A stretch of DNA of 32,000 nt from an uncultured Alphaproteobacteria bacterium (lineage in GTDB: Bacteria; Pseudomonadota; Alphaproteobacteria; Rs-D84; CACZYB01): assembly GCA_934246625.1 (NCBI GenBank), contig CAKQHZ010000001.1, forward strand, positions 270,001 to 302,000, given 5' to 3'. Positions 9,653-16,880 of this stretch are shown piece after piece. The position numbers were made by a program, and so were the translations under genes. Below the pieces are notes generated by a model, which was not told where the DNA came from, did no database searches, and saw nothing but the letters and a program-made list of their open reading frames with translations. Every line of letters starts with the position of its first letter. The first letter of the stretch is position 1.

Positions 9653-11158
9653 TTAATTATAAAACCTTGATATGGCTTTATCATTTCTTTTTACACCATA
9701 TTTTTTATATAAGTTAAATAAATAATCATCAAAAATATTTTCTGAAATAGTCCTTTGTTCTGTAGATGCAAAGTTATCAAAATCATCTTTGTTTGTAATT
9801 TCTGGAAGAATTATTTTCTTTATTGTTGCAACATAGTATATGTCTCCAGATTTTGAAACAAATGGTTTATTGATGTCTTCTGCAAATACTTTGGTTAAAA
9901 AGTTTGCATCATAAGAATTGTTAAATCTTCCTGTTTTTGCATCTAATGAAGGTTTTGCAACTTTATCAACAGAAGATACTGCCATTGCAAAATTTGCTCC
10001 ATTATTAAGGTTTGAAAGAATTTTATTTACCTTATCTGATGCTTGTGAAACTTGCATATTATGTTTCCACATTTTTACAAGTTCAGATTTCACATTTTCA
10101 AATGATTTTGGTTTTGGTTCAAATACCTTTTCAACATAAACCAACATTATATTATCACCATTATCCATAACATCACTTATACCATTTTCATCAAGTGCAA
10201 AGAAAGCTATATCACGATATTTTTGTGTGAAAGTTTTATCTTTGAATGTTGAACCATCACGTTTTTTGCCTTCTACACTTAAATCAGGAAGTGATGTTTT
10301 TGAAACAGAAAAACTTTTTACAATATCATTTATATTTGAACCACCATTGATTTCATCAATTATATTTTCACCCATTTCAACCATTGTTTTATAGATTTTA
10401 TCGGTATCGTCCTTTTTAATATCCTTATATTTTACAGCATCATCAGATGTAATTGTTATATAAGAAATTTTTCTGTATTCTGGTTGTTGGAATTTTGTAA
10501 TGTTAAGTTTGTAAATTTCTTCAAGCTCTTCTGTTTTTGGTGAAGAAGCGATTTGTTCATTATCAACTTTGAAACTTACAACATCAATAATACGTTGTTC
10601 ATTTTTTTGTTTGTAAAGAATTTCTGCTATATTTGTAATATTAAAATTACTTACAACTGCATTTATCAAAAGTTCACGTGCAATATTGTTTGAAATTTCA
10701 GCAATAAAGTCAGCTTCGCTTACATTGTTTGCATCTAAAATATATGCAAATTTTTCAGGAGAGAAATTTCCCTTTTCATCTTGGAATTCCTTTGTATTTT
10801 GAATTATTTCATAAATTTTTGAATCGCTTACATAAATGCCTTGTTTTTTTGCCTCTGTATCAAGCAAAATTCTATACACCATATTATTGATAACTTGGTC
10901 AAGGAGGCCCATTTGGATTGCTTGTTTATAATTAAAGTTTATGTTTGGTCCCATTGCAGATTGCATTTGTGCAATTTGTCGTTTAAGTTCGGTTTCAAGC
11001 TCTATTGTTGAAACACTTCGTCCTGCAACCTTTAATGCGACATCGGCACCAGACATATTGTTCCCACTTATGCCCCAAAAAACAAAACTTGCACCAATTA
11101 CAAATAATAAAATTCTGCTTATCCAGGTTTCAGAACAATTTCTTAATTTATTTAACAT
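9653..11158 (-). CDS. ppiD: PpiD-like periplasmic chaperone (N-terminal membrane anchor plus SurA-N-type domain; no clear parvulin signature)
   Basis: N-terminal anchor ISRILLFVIGASFVFWGISG followed by ...VALKVAGRSVSTIELETELKRQ..., as in PpiD/SurA-N proteins. Size is 501 aa. It is divergent from tpiA. I could not find a GGDLG-type PPIase motif. Confidence 0.65.
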   Translation of the reverse strand: MLNKLRNCSETWISRILLFVIGASFVFWGISGNNMSGADVALKVAGRSVSTIELETELKRQIAQMQSAMGPNINFNYKQAIQMGLLDQVINNMVYRILLDTEAKKQGIYVSDSKIYEIIQNTKEFQDEKGNFSPEKFAYILDANNVSEADFIAEISNNIARELLINAVVSNFNITNIAEILYKQKNEQRIIDVVSFKVDNEQIASSPKTEELEEIYKLNITKFQQPEYRKISYITITSDDAVKYKDIKKDDTDKIYKTMVEMGENIIDEINGGSNINDIVKSFSVSKTSLPDLSVEGKKRDGSTFKDKTFTQKYRDIAFFALDENGISDVMDNGDNIMLVYVEKVFEPKPKSFENVKSELVKMWKHNMQVSQASDKVNKILSNLNNGANFAMAVSSVDKVAKPSLDAKTGRFNNSYDANFLTKVFAEDINKPFVSKSGDIYYVATIKKIILPEITNKDDFDNFASTEQRTISENIFDDYLFNLYKKYGVKRNDKAISRFYN

Positions 11159-11272
11159 TTGAACTTCCTTTCGTAAAAATTTTCACTTTTATATAGAAAT
11201 AACAAAATAAATATGTTAAAACAAGAAAAATATTTAATAAATTTTAACAAACAAACTTAGAAGGAGAAAAAT

Positions 11273-12034
11273 ATGGCTTTTTCAAATAAAAAAATTATTG
11301 CTGGTAATTGGAAAATGAACGGTCTTAAACAAGATAGTTGGCAATTAACAAACGATTTACTTAATAAATTTGAAACACCTGATGGTAATTTGGGTTTTGA
11401 AATGATTGTTTGCCCTCCTGCAACTCTTTTGTCTGAAATTACCGCTATGGTAGAAGGTTCACCAATTAAAACAGGTGCACAAAATTGTTATGACAAATTA
11501 AGTGGTGCTTATACTGGTGAAATTTCACCTATGATGGTAAAAGATGTTGGTGCTAAATTCGTAATTCTTGGTCATTCAGAAAGAAGAAGTTATTTTTGTG
11601 AAACAAATGAAATTGTTGCTCGTAAAGCTCAAGCTGTATTGGAACAATCTTTAACTCCTATTATTTGTCTTGGCGAATCATTAGAACAAAAAGAAGCTGG
11701 TATTGCAGGTGATGTAATTGAAGAACAATTCTTAAATTCTGTGCCTGAAAATGCAACTGTTGATAATATTATTATTGCATACGAACCAGTATGGGCAATC
11801 GGAACTGGTAAAGTTGCAACTCTTCAAGATATTATTGATATTCATTCAAAAATTCGTGAAGTTTCAGAAAAGAAACTTGGTTCAAAAGATATTACAATTC
11901 TTTATGGTGGAAGTGTAAAACCATCAAATGCAGAAGAAGTATTTTCAACTGATGAAGTAAATGGTGTGCTTGTTGGTGGTGCATCACTTAAGGCTGATGA
12001 TTTTTGGAATATCGCAATGGCTAGTATAAAATAA
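11273..12034 (+). CDS. tpiA: Triosephosphate isomerase
   Basis: Motifs AGNWKMNG, ILGHSERR, AYEPVWAIGTG and YGGSV. GAAGGAG SD. Confidence 0.95.
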   Translation: MAFSNKKIIAGNWKMNGLKQDSWQLTNDLLNKFETPDGNLGFEMIVCPPATLLSEITAMVEGSPIKTGAQNCYDKLSGAYTGEISPMMVKDVGAKFVILGHSERRSYFCETNEIVARKAQAVLEQSLTPIICLGESLEQKEAGIAGDVIEEQFLNSVPENATVDNIIIAYEPVWAIGTGKVATLQDIIDIHSKIREVSEKKLGSKDITILYGGSVKPSNAEEVFSTDEVNGVLVGGASLKADDFWNIAMASIK

Positions 12035-12049
12035 AAACACTATACCGAA

Positions 12050-12084
12050 AATAAAAGAAAAGCTCCATAATGGAGCTTTTTTTA
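12050..12084. terminator. Bidirectional intrinsic terminator shared by the convergent tpiA and ankyrin genes
   Basis: AAAGCTCCA-taa-TGGAGCTTT is flanked by a T-run on the + strand (TTTTTTA) and by TTCTTTTATTTT on the - strand. The ankyrin stop codon lies in the tail. Confidence 0.7.
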
Positions 12085-12570
12085 TCTTTGATTTGTATTT
12101 AGATTTATAACTTGTTTTACCTGATGTTCATAATTTTCCAAAATTGATACAATCTTAGCAGAACTTTCCTTTAACTCATCATCTGCAAATTTATTTGTTA
12201 TTTTGGCATAGGAAAGAGGAGTCATATCATAAGTATCCTTTGATAAAATATCAATTTTATTTTTTACAAGAAAATCAACCATTTCTATTTTTTGATTGAT
12301 AATTGCAATATACAATGCTGTGCGTTTATCAATATCAACTGAATTAACATTTAAACCAAGTTGCAATAAAAGTTTTGCAATTTCAGTATTACCAAAGTAA
12401 GCAGCATAATGAAGGTATGACCAATGCAAAGCATCTTGTTCCAAAACCACTGATTCTGATGCAAGCAATTTTTTCAAAGTTGCTACATCATTATATCTAA
12501 TACAATCCAAAATCATTGAAAATTTTGATTGTGAAATGTCGTTATCAACTTTTTCCATAGTATGCTCCAT
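12082..12570 (-). CDS. Ankyrin-repeat protein (about 3 ANK repeats)
   Basis: ANK consensus is visible in SYLHYAAYFGNTEIAKLLLQLGLNVNSVD, KRTALYIAIINQKIEMVDFLVKNKIDILSKD and DMTPLSYA. The true start may be the second ATG (12558), which has GGAG 6 nt upstream. No signal peptide. Confidence 0.85.
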   Translation of the reverse strand: MEHTMEKVDNDISQSKFSMILDCIRYNDVATLKKLLASESVVLEQDALHWSYLHYAAYFGNTEIAKLLLQLGLNVNSVDIDKRTALYIAIINQKIEMVDFLVKNKIDILSKDTYDMTPLSYAKITNKFADDELKESSAKIVSILENYEHQVKQVINLNTNQR

Positions 12571-12704
12571 ATTTTTATTACTACCCTAATTATAAACTAA
12601 AAAAAAAAGTTGTCAATATTTTTATAAAAAATAGAGAATACGTTAAATTTTGTTTGGAAAAGAGTAAAAAATAATGTATAATAAAACTCAAATAGGAGAG
12701 AACT

Positions 12705-13394
12705 ATGAAAAAATATATTACAAAATTTATGATTGTATGTGCTTGTCTTTTGCAAACTGTAAATGCAAATGCTAGTGTTTTTTCTTTGTGGGAAAACGAA
12801 GATGAAGAATACAAAATGAAGGTTGGGTCAAAAGAAACAACAAAAAAAACGGAAACAACTCCTCTCAAAACACCTACAGAAACTCTTAAATCTTCTTTAC
12901 AAGAAACTGTTGTAATGCCTTCTCAAGTTAATAACACTATTGCTTTACCAAATTATTATACAAGCAATAATAACGACAATTATAATATGATTGACTATGA
13001 TACTATTCAAGCAGAACGCAGTATCCAAGATTCCGAAGTTTTAAATTCTATTGATAAATGGCAACTTGGTATCAAAAATGTGTTTTGGGAAAACTATCGT
13101 GGCAATAATATAAGAATTGAAATGTTAAGAAATAATCGTGATTTAAAGGAAATGCGTCTTAAATTCGTTCAATCTCAAGATATGATTGCGGACCCTGATG
13201 GTTCAATTTCCGATATGTTGAATAAAGTTGCTGAACAAGTTATGAAAAGAACTTGCGGTAAAAAATCAAAACAATCAATTATCCTTTATGAACGCCCATC
13301 TATCGAGCTTGTAAAGGAAACAACTTATGATAATTATAAGATAATTGCAAAGGGAACTTCCTTAAAAGAATATGGTTTTAGATGTATTTATTAA
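12705..13394 (+). CDS. Secreted hypothetical protein
   Basis: AGGAG SD. Signal peptide MKKYITKFMIVCACLLQTVNANA. A T/E/K-rich linker is followed by a globular C-terminal region. No recognisable motif. Confidence 0.6.
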   Translation: MKKYITKFMIVCACLLQTVNANASVFSLWENEDEEYKMKVGSKETTKKTETTPLKTPTETLKSSLQETVVMPSQVNNTIALPNYYTSNNNDNYNMIDYDTIQAERSIQDSEVLNSIDKWQLGIKNVFWENYRGNNIRIEMLRNNRDLKEMRLKFVQSQDMIADPDGSISDMLNKVAEQVMKRTCGKKSKQSIILYERPSIELVKETTYDNYKIIAKGTSLKEYGFRCIY

Positions 13395-13444
13395 AAAAAA
13401 TAAAAAAATGCTTGCTTTTTTTTTAAATATAGTGTTTAATACCT

Positions 13445-13461
13445 CTATCTTTTAAAGATAG
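13445..13461. repeat. 17-nt perfect palindrome (ctatcttt-t-aaagatag) 10 nt upstream of tRNA-Asp; function unknown
   Basis: Read directly from the sequence. It could be an operator, a processing hairpin or a weak terminator for the upstream gene. Confidence 0.5.
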
Positions 13462-13470
13462 CCCTTAAGT

Positions 13471-13548
13471 GGGGGTGTAGCTCAGCTGGTTTAGAGCGCT
13501 TGCCTGTCACGCAAGAGGTCGAGGGTTCGAGCCCCTTCACTCCCGCCA
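13471..13548 (+). tRNA. tRNA-Asp (anticodon GUC), 78 nt with encoded CCA
   Basis: GGGGGTGTAGCTCAGCTGGTTTAGAGCGCTTGCCTGTCACGCAAGAGGTCGAGGGTTCGAGCCCCTTCACTCCCGCCA. Anticodon stem CTTGC/GCAAG with loop CTGTCAC, T-loop TTCGAGC, and a 7-bp acceptor stem. Confidence 0.93.
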
Positions 13549-13568
13549 CTTAAAATTTAGGCTTTTCA

Positions 13569-14531
13569 ATGAAAAAATCAAAATTTAATTTAGTATCTGT
13601 GTTAAAGGCTTTTGGAATAACTCCTCAATTCCTTATAATCTCTTTATTTATCATTTTTATATTTGGTATTGGTTTGGGTTTGTTTTTTAAAAATAGCTAT
13701 TCCCCAAAAAAGAAAGTTGTCGTTGTTGAAACAGAAATAAAGGAGCCAACAGAGGCAACCGTTCCTAAATCTGAAAATGACAACCAAACACTTGATATAT
13801 TTGCAGAACTAAGCAATACTCCATTCGTGAAAAATGCAGTTATTATTGATAAGGAAATAAAAACTCCTGTGGTGGCGATTATCATTGATGATATGGGGAT
13901 TGATATGCTTAAATCTCGTCAAATTTTAGAGTTTAATTTACCATTCAATGTTTCATTTTTAACTTATGCTCCAAATATTCAATCACAAATTGACTTTGCC
14001 CGTAAATCAGGAAAGGAAATTATGCTTCACGTCCCTATGCAGGCTTTACATGACAACTATGATTATGGTGGGGATTATCTTTCAACTGATAAATCTCGAT
14101 TTGAAAATCTTGAAATTTTAAATACTCAACTTGATAAAGCAAAGGGATACATTGGCATAAATAATCATATGGGAAGCAAATTTACTGCGGATATGGCTCA
14201 AATGACTGCTGTAATGGAGGAATTAACTAAACGAGGATTAGCCTTTATCGACTCAAAAACAAATTCCGAATCAAAAGGAGATGAAATTGCAAGTTTCCTA
14301 AAACTCCCTTATGTTGCTCGTGATGTATTTTTAGACGACAGCAATAAGGAAGAAGATATTATAAAAAGCCTTATCAAACTTGAAACTATTGCAAAAAAAC
14401 GTGGCTATGCTGTGGCAATAGGACACCCAAGAAAAAATACTATCAAAGTTTTAAAGCAATGGTTTGATACTATTTCTCAACGTGGAATTGAAATAGTTCC
14501 TATTTCCTATATTATAAAAAATTATCGTTAA
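13569..14531 (+). CDS. Divergent polysaccharide deacetylase family protein (YibQ / PF04748-like), membrane-anchored
   Basis: An N-terminal TM segment (FLIISLFIIFIFGIGLGLFF) is followed by VVAIIIDDMG, HVPMQ, NNHMGSKFT and AIGHP motifs characteristic of the YibQ family. Confidence 0.8.
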   Translation: MKKSKFNLVSVLKAFGITPQFLIISLFIIFIFGIGLGLFFKNSYSPKKKVVVVETEIKEPTEATVPKSENDNQTLDIFAELSNTPFVKNAVIIDKEIKTPVVAIIIDDMGIDMLKSRQILEFNLPFNVSFLTYAPNIQSQIDFARKSGKEIMLHVPMQALHDNYDYGGDYLSTDKSRFENLEILNTQLDKAKGYIGINNHMGSKFTADMAQMTAVMEELTKRGLAFIDSKTNSESKGDEIASFLKLPYVARDVFLDDSNKEEDIIKSLIKLETIAKKRGYAVAIGHPRKNTIKVLKQWFDTISQRGIEIVPISYIIKNYR

Positions 14532-14603
14532 GTTTTGTGATTTTGTTCTTATAGCTAACACCTTGAATTTATGTTATTATTTCCTTAACACAAGGAGAAA
14601 TAA

Positions 14604-15209
14604 ATGGCAAATATTTTACTTATCTATGGACACCCCAAAACACCAAAAAGTTTTAATTTTGATTTAAAAGAAAAATTGGTAGAGGCATTGAAACAACACG
14701 GACACAATGTCCTTGTTCGTGATTTATATGAAATAAGTTTCAATCCGTTATTATCATCAAAAGATTTGGAACTTATTCACAACGGACAAATTTCCGAAGA
14801 TATAAGAAAAGAGCAAGAATTTATTAAAAATGCAGACACTATTATATTTATCTATCCTATATGGTGGGCGGGACAACCTGCAATTATAAAGGGATATATT
14901 GACCGAGTATTCAGCTATGGTTTTGCCTATATGTATAAGGGTGGCAAAGTCATAGGACTTCTTCCAGATAAAAAAGCAATTATCATAAATTCAAATGGAA
15001 ACCCAAGTGCACTTTATAAAAAAAATGATTTTTACAATGCTATAAAGTTGCTTGTGGATAAGGGAATTTTTGCCTTTTGTGGATTTTCAAAAATAAAGCA
15101 TTTATTTTATGGTGATATGTCAACAAAAAGTGATGATGATAAAAGCAAGGATATAAACAACGCTATTGATGAAACAATTATTGAAATAGAAGCAAAAAAT
15201 ATGGATTAA
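14604..15209 (+). CDS. Flavodoxin-like-fold NAD(P)H dehydrogenase (quinone) (Flavodoxin_2; NQO/MdaB/KefF-type)
   Basis: ILLIYGHPKTPKSFN at the N-terminus and FIYPIWWAGQPAIIKGYIDRVF are typical of PF02525 proteins. AAGGAG SD. Confidence 0.8.
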   Translation: MANILLIYGHPKTPKSFNFDLKEKLVEALKQHGHNVLVRDLYEISFNPLLSSKDLELIHNGQISEDIRKEQEFIKNADTIIFIYPIWWAGQPAIIKGYIDRVFSYGFAYMYKGGKVIGLLPDKKAIIINSNGNPSALYKKNDFYNAIKLLVDKGIFAFCGFSKIKHLFYGDMSTKSDDDKSKDINNAIDETIIEIEAKNMD

Positions 15210-15248
15210 AAAATACCCCCTGTTATTGCTAAGGGGGTATAATTTTTA
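15208..15248. terminator. Bidirectional intrinsic terminator between the convergent quinone reductase gene and Cys-rich gene 1
   Basis: ATACCCCCT-gttattgcta-AGGGGGTAT has a T-run after it on the - strand (TTTTTT) and TAATTTTT after it on the + strand. Confidence 0.7.
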
Positions 15249-15890
15249 ATAACAATTAAAACTTATCGTTATTGAAGCTCCTTCTAAACATTTTTTATAC
15301 TTTTCCCTTCTTTCGGACATTATACTGGAACAACTTTGTTCATTACAATATGTGTTTATCGTGCAAGAAGTTGAAATAATATCCCTTATACTAAATTCAG
15401 ACAGACTAGCACTTTGCCCATGGTATTCAGTTGATTTTATATATCTCTTTTGTGAGTTTTCTGTAGAATCCCAGGTTATTTTATATGTTTTGTTGCTAGC
15501 ATCTAGTGTTGCAACCAATGTATATGATGAATCATCTTTTTCTTTATACACATATACTATTGTGCAACAGAGATTACCGGATTGAGAGAAACCGGAATCG
15601 CAAGCCCAGGAGCAAGAGTCGGAGGTTGCGTTAGAAGTGAAGTGGGAGTTTGCTGGTTTGCTTTGGCATGGGGAACAGAAAGAGGCTGAACTGCTTGAGT
15701 AAGTGCCTGTTGGACAGGCTTCACAGCTTGAGGCGGCTCCCTTTGAAAATGTGCCTGCACTACAACTTTTGCATTGACCACTTTCTGCATAAGTGCCGGC
15801 TGGGCATGGTGTGCATTGATAAAAATTTTGGGCGAAGGCTGGGCTTGACATTACTCCCATTATGCCCGCTATTAGTATTTCTTTTTTCAT
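15246..15890 (-). CDS. Secreted cysteine-rich protein with three tandem CxxCxxGT[YF] repeats (ephrin-receptor-like / GCC2_GCC3-type pattern)
   Basis: AAAGGAG SD. Signal peptide ...MSSPAFA/QN. Repeats CTPCPAGTYAESGQ, CKSCSAGTFSKGAASS and CEACPTGTYSSSSASF are followed by CSPC. I count 17 Cys in total. Terminator immediately downstream. Confidence 0.75.
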   Translation of the reverse strand: MKKEILIAGIMGVMSSPAFAQNFYQCTPCPAGTYAESGQCKSCSAGTFSKGAASSCEACPTGTYSSSSASFCSPCQSKPANSHFTSNATSDSCSWACDSGFSQSGNLCCTIVYVYKEKDDSSYTLVATLDASNKTYKITWDSTENSQKRYIKSTEYHGQSASLSEFSIRDIISTSCTINTYCNEQSCSSIMSERREKYKKCLEGASITISFNCY

Positions 15891-15967
15891 ATTTTTCTCC
15901 TTTGGTTCGTTCTTATTCGGGGGACTTTTTGCCTTTGAAACCTCCCCTTTTCGGTTTCAATTCGGGA

Positions 15968-16008
15968 GGGTGGAAGCGAAGACCATGAACAAAAAAAAAC
16001 TTCCACCC
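15968..16008. repeat. 9-bp inverted repeat (GGGTGGAAG ... CTTCCACCC) with a 23-nt loop containing an A9/T9 tract, between the two Cys-rich genes
   Basis: Read directly. It begins 7 nt after the stop of the upstream (16015-16437) gene on the minus strand. The T-run is in the loop rather than the tail, so it is not a canonical terminator. A second 8-bp hairpin, TTGAAACC-n10-GGTTTCAA, lies at about 15935-15960. Confidence 0.5.
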
Positions 16009-16014
16009 ATAACT

Positions 16015-16437
16015 TTAAAAACTTTTTGTGTCTGGGTTGTATCGCCTTAACAAATACCCATTTTGGTTTGTGCAAGTTGATGAGTTTTTGAGTTGTAAAA
16101 TTCGTCCAGAAGGGCAGTTGCCGTTGGATACATAAATTCTTATGTATCCGTTTGGGCAAACTAAAGGTTCGCAACTTTTGTAATCAGAGGTTGCGAAGGA
16201 GCCGGAAGTGCAATTTTCGCAAAGTCGAGAAGAGGGGCTGTAGAATTTAGAGCGGTTTTCACAGTCGCAGATACCGTTTTTGTAAGCGACTTTTTGATGG
16301 CAGTTGCCAGGTGTTGGCACGCAGTATTTAGCGAGCACATCGGAAAGAGGAGATGCTGTTGCGATTGAGGTTGTGGCGATATTTATGGCGAAAGTGCCAC
16401 ATAGGACAGCCACTGCGAGTTGAAATTTTTTATACAT
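16015..16437 (-). CDS. Secreted cysteine-rich protein, probable distant paralogue of the 15246-15890 product
   Basis: AGGGGG SD. Signal peptide ...TSIATA/SP. There are 10 Cys in the mature part, including one CENCTSGSFATSDYKSC unit matching the CxxCxxG[ST][YF] repeat. Confidence 0.7.
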   Translation of the reverse strand: MYKKFQLAVAVLCGTFAINIATTSIATASPLSDVLAKYCVPTPGNCHQKVAYKNGICDCENRSKFYSPSSRLCENCTSGSFATSDYKSCEPLVCPNGYIRIYVSNGNCPSGRILQLKNSSTCTNQNGYLLRRYNPDTKSF

Positions 16438-16680
16438 TTTACTACCCCCTTTTTTTATTTAAAGGATTGAAGGTCCCGCATTGGCATAGAGTTGATGTTG
16501 CACTTGCTTTTGCGAAGGTCCTACCCCCTTTATAAAAATAATTCCACGTATCAAAGATAGTGGTCGGGCAGTTCAGAAATCACAAAAAAGAATGATCCTA
16601 TAGCTTTTAGAGTATAAAGAATATACTCCTGTTGTATGACTATATGCTCCCCAACCAACAAAGGCTGGGGCTTTGGGTAT

Positions 16681-16705
16681 AAAAAAAAGATACTGCAAGA
16701 GTATC
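16681..16705 (-). terminator. Weak hairpin plus U8, a possible terminator of a short non-coding transcript
   Basis: The minus strand reads GATACT-cttgc-AGTATC followed by TTTTTTTT. The stem is only 6 bp and AT-rich. Confidence 0.35.
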
Positions 16706-16828
16706 TGATGGTTATTTTTTAATACCCTCTTTTTTGAAAGGCTTCTGACGGCCCACATCATCTTTGATGCTAAATACAGATATTTCCTGTATCTAAAATT
16801 TGCTATAACATAGATTCGGAAAAAACAA

Positions 16829-16860
16829 TAAAAAAAATCCCCTTTTAAACAAGGGGATTT
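16829..16860 (-). terminator. Intrinsic terminator of the 16881-18035 lipoprotein gene
   Basis: The minus strand reads AAATCCCCTT-gttt-AAAAGGGGATTT followed by TTTTTTTATTGTTTTTT. Confidence 0.75.
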
Positions 16861-16880
16861 AAAATTTTAAAGATTATGAC

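Noticed and set aside
12590-12868. 92-aa minus-strand ORF overlapping the start of the 12705 gene
   Set aside because: It is a low-complexity F/I/L/S translation of a promoter region plus the antisense of the signal-peptide-coding DNA. The plus-strand gene has an AGGAG SD and a proper signal peptide.
15557-16174. Track ORFs 15557-15790(-), 15650-15988(+), 15862-16050(+) and 15887-16174(-), which overlap the Cys-rich genes
   Set aside because: These stop-free frames are caused by the local GC-rich repeat-coding DNA. They lack signal peptides and SDs, and they overlap the two well-supported genes or the intergenic hairpins.
16573-16761. 62-aa ORF in the long intergenic region as a real small protein
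   Set aside because: It has no SD before ATGATG, an odd composition, and it spans a hairpin plus T8. I treat it as non-coding and discuss the region under the findings instead.
15208-16860. A horizontally acquired island defined by GC content alone
   Set aside because: The local GC (about 50% in the repeat-coding part) is no higher than in the most conserved housekeeping genes here (I count 28 of 60 in ftsH 21181-21240). It may simply reflect Cys/Ala/Gly/Pro/Ser codons. I keep it only as a hypothesis within the Cys-rich finding.
16438-16880. RNase P RNA, SRP (4.5S) RNA or tmRNA hidden in the 443-bp spacer
   Set aside because: The size would fit RNase P. However, I found only GAAGGTCC, not the conserved GAGGAAAGUCCGGGC (CR-I) or ACAGAAxxCGGCUUA-type blocks. 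There is no SRP GGAAGCAGCC-type motif and no tRNA-like end. A covariance-model scan would be needed to be certain.
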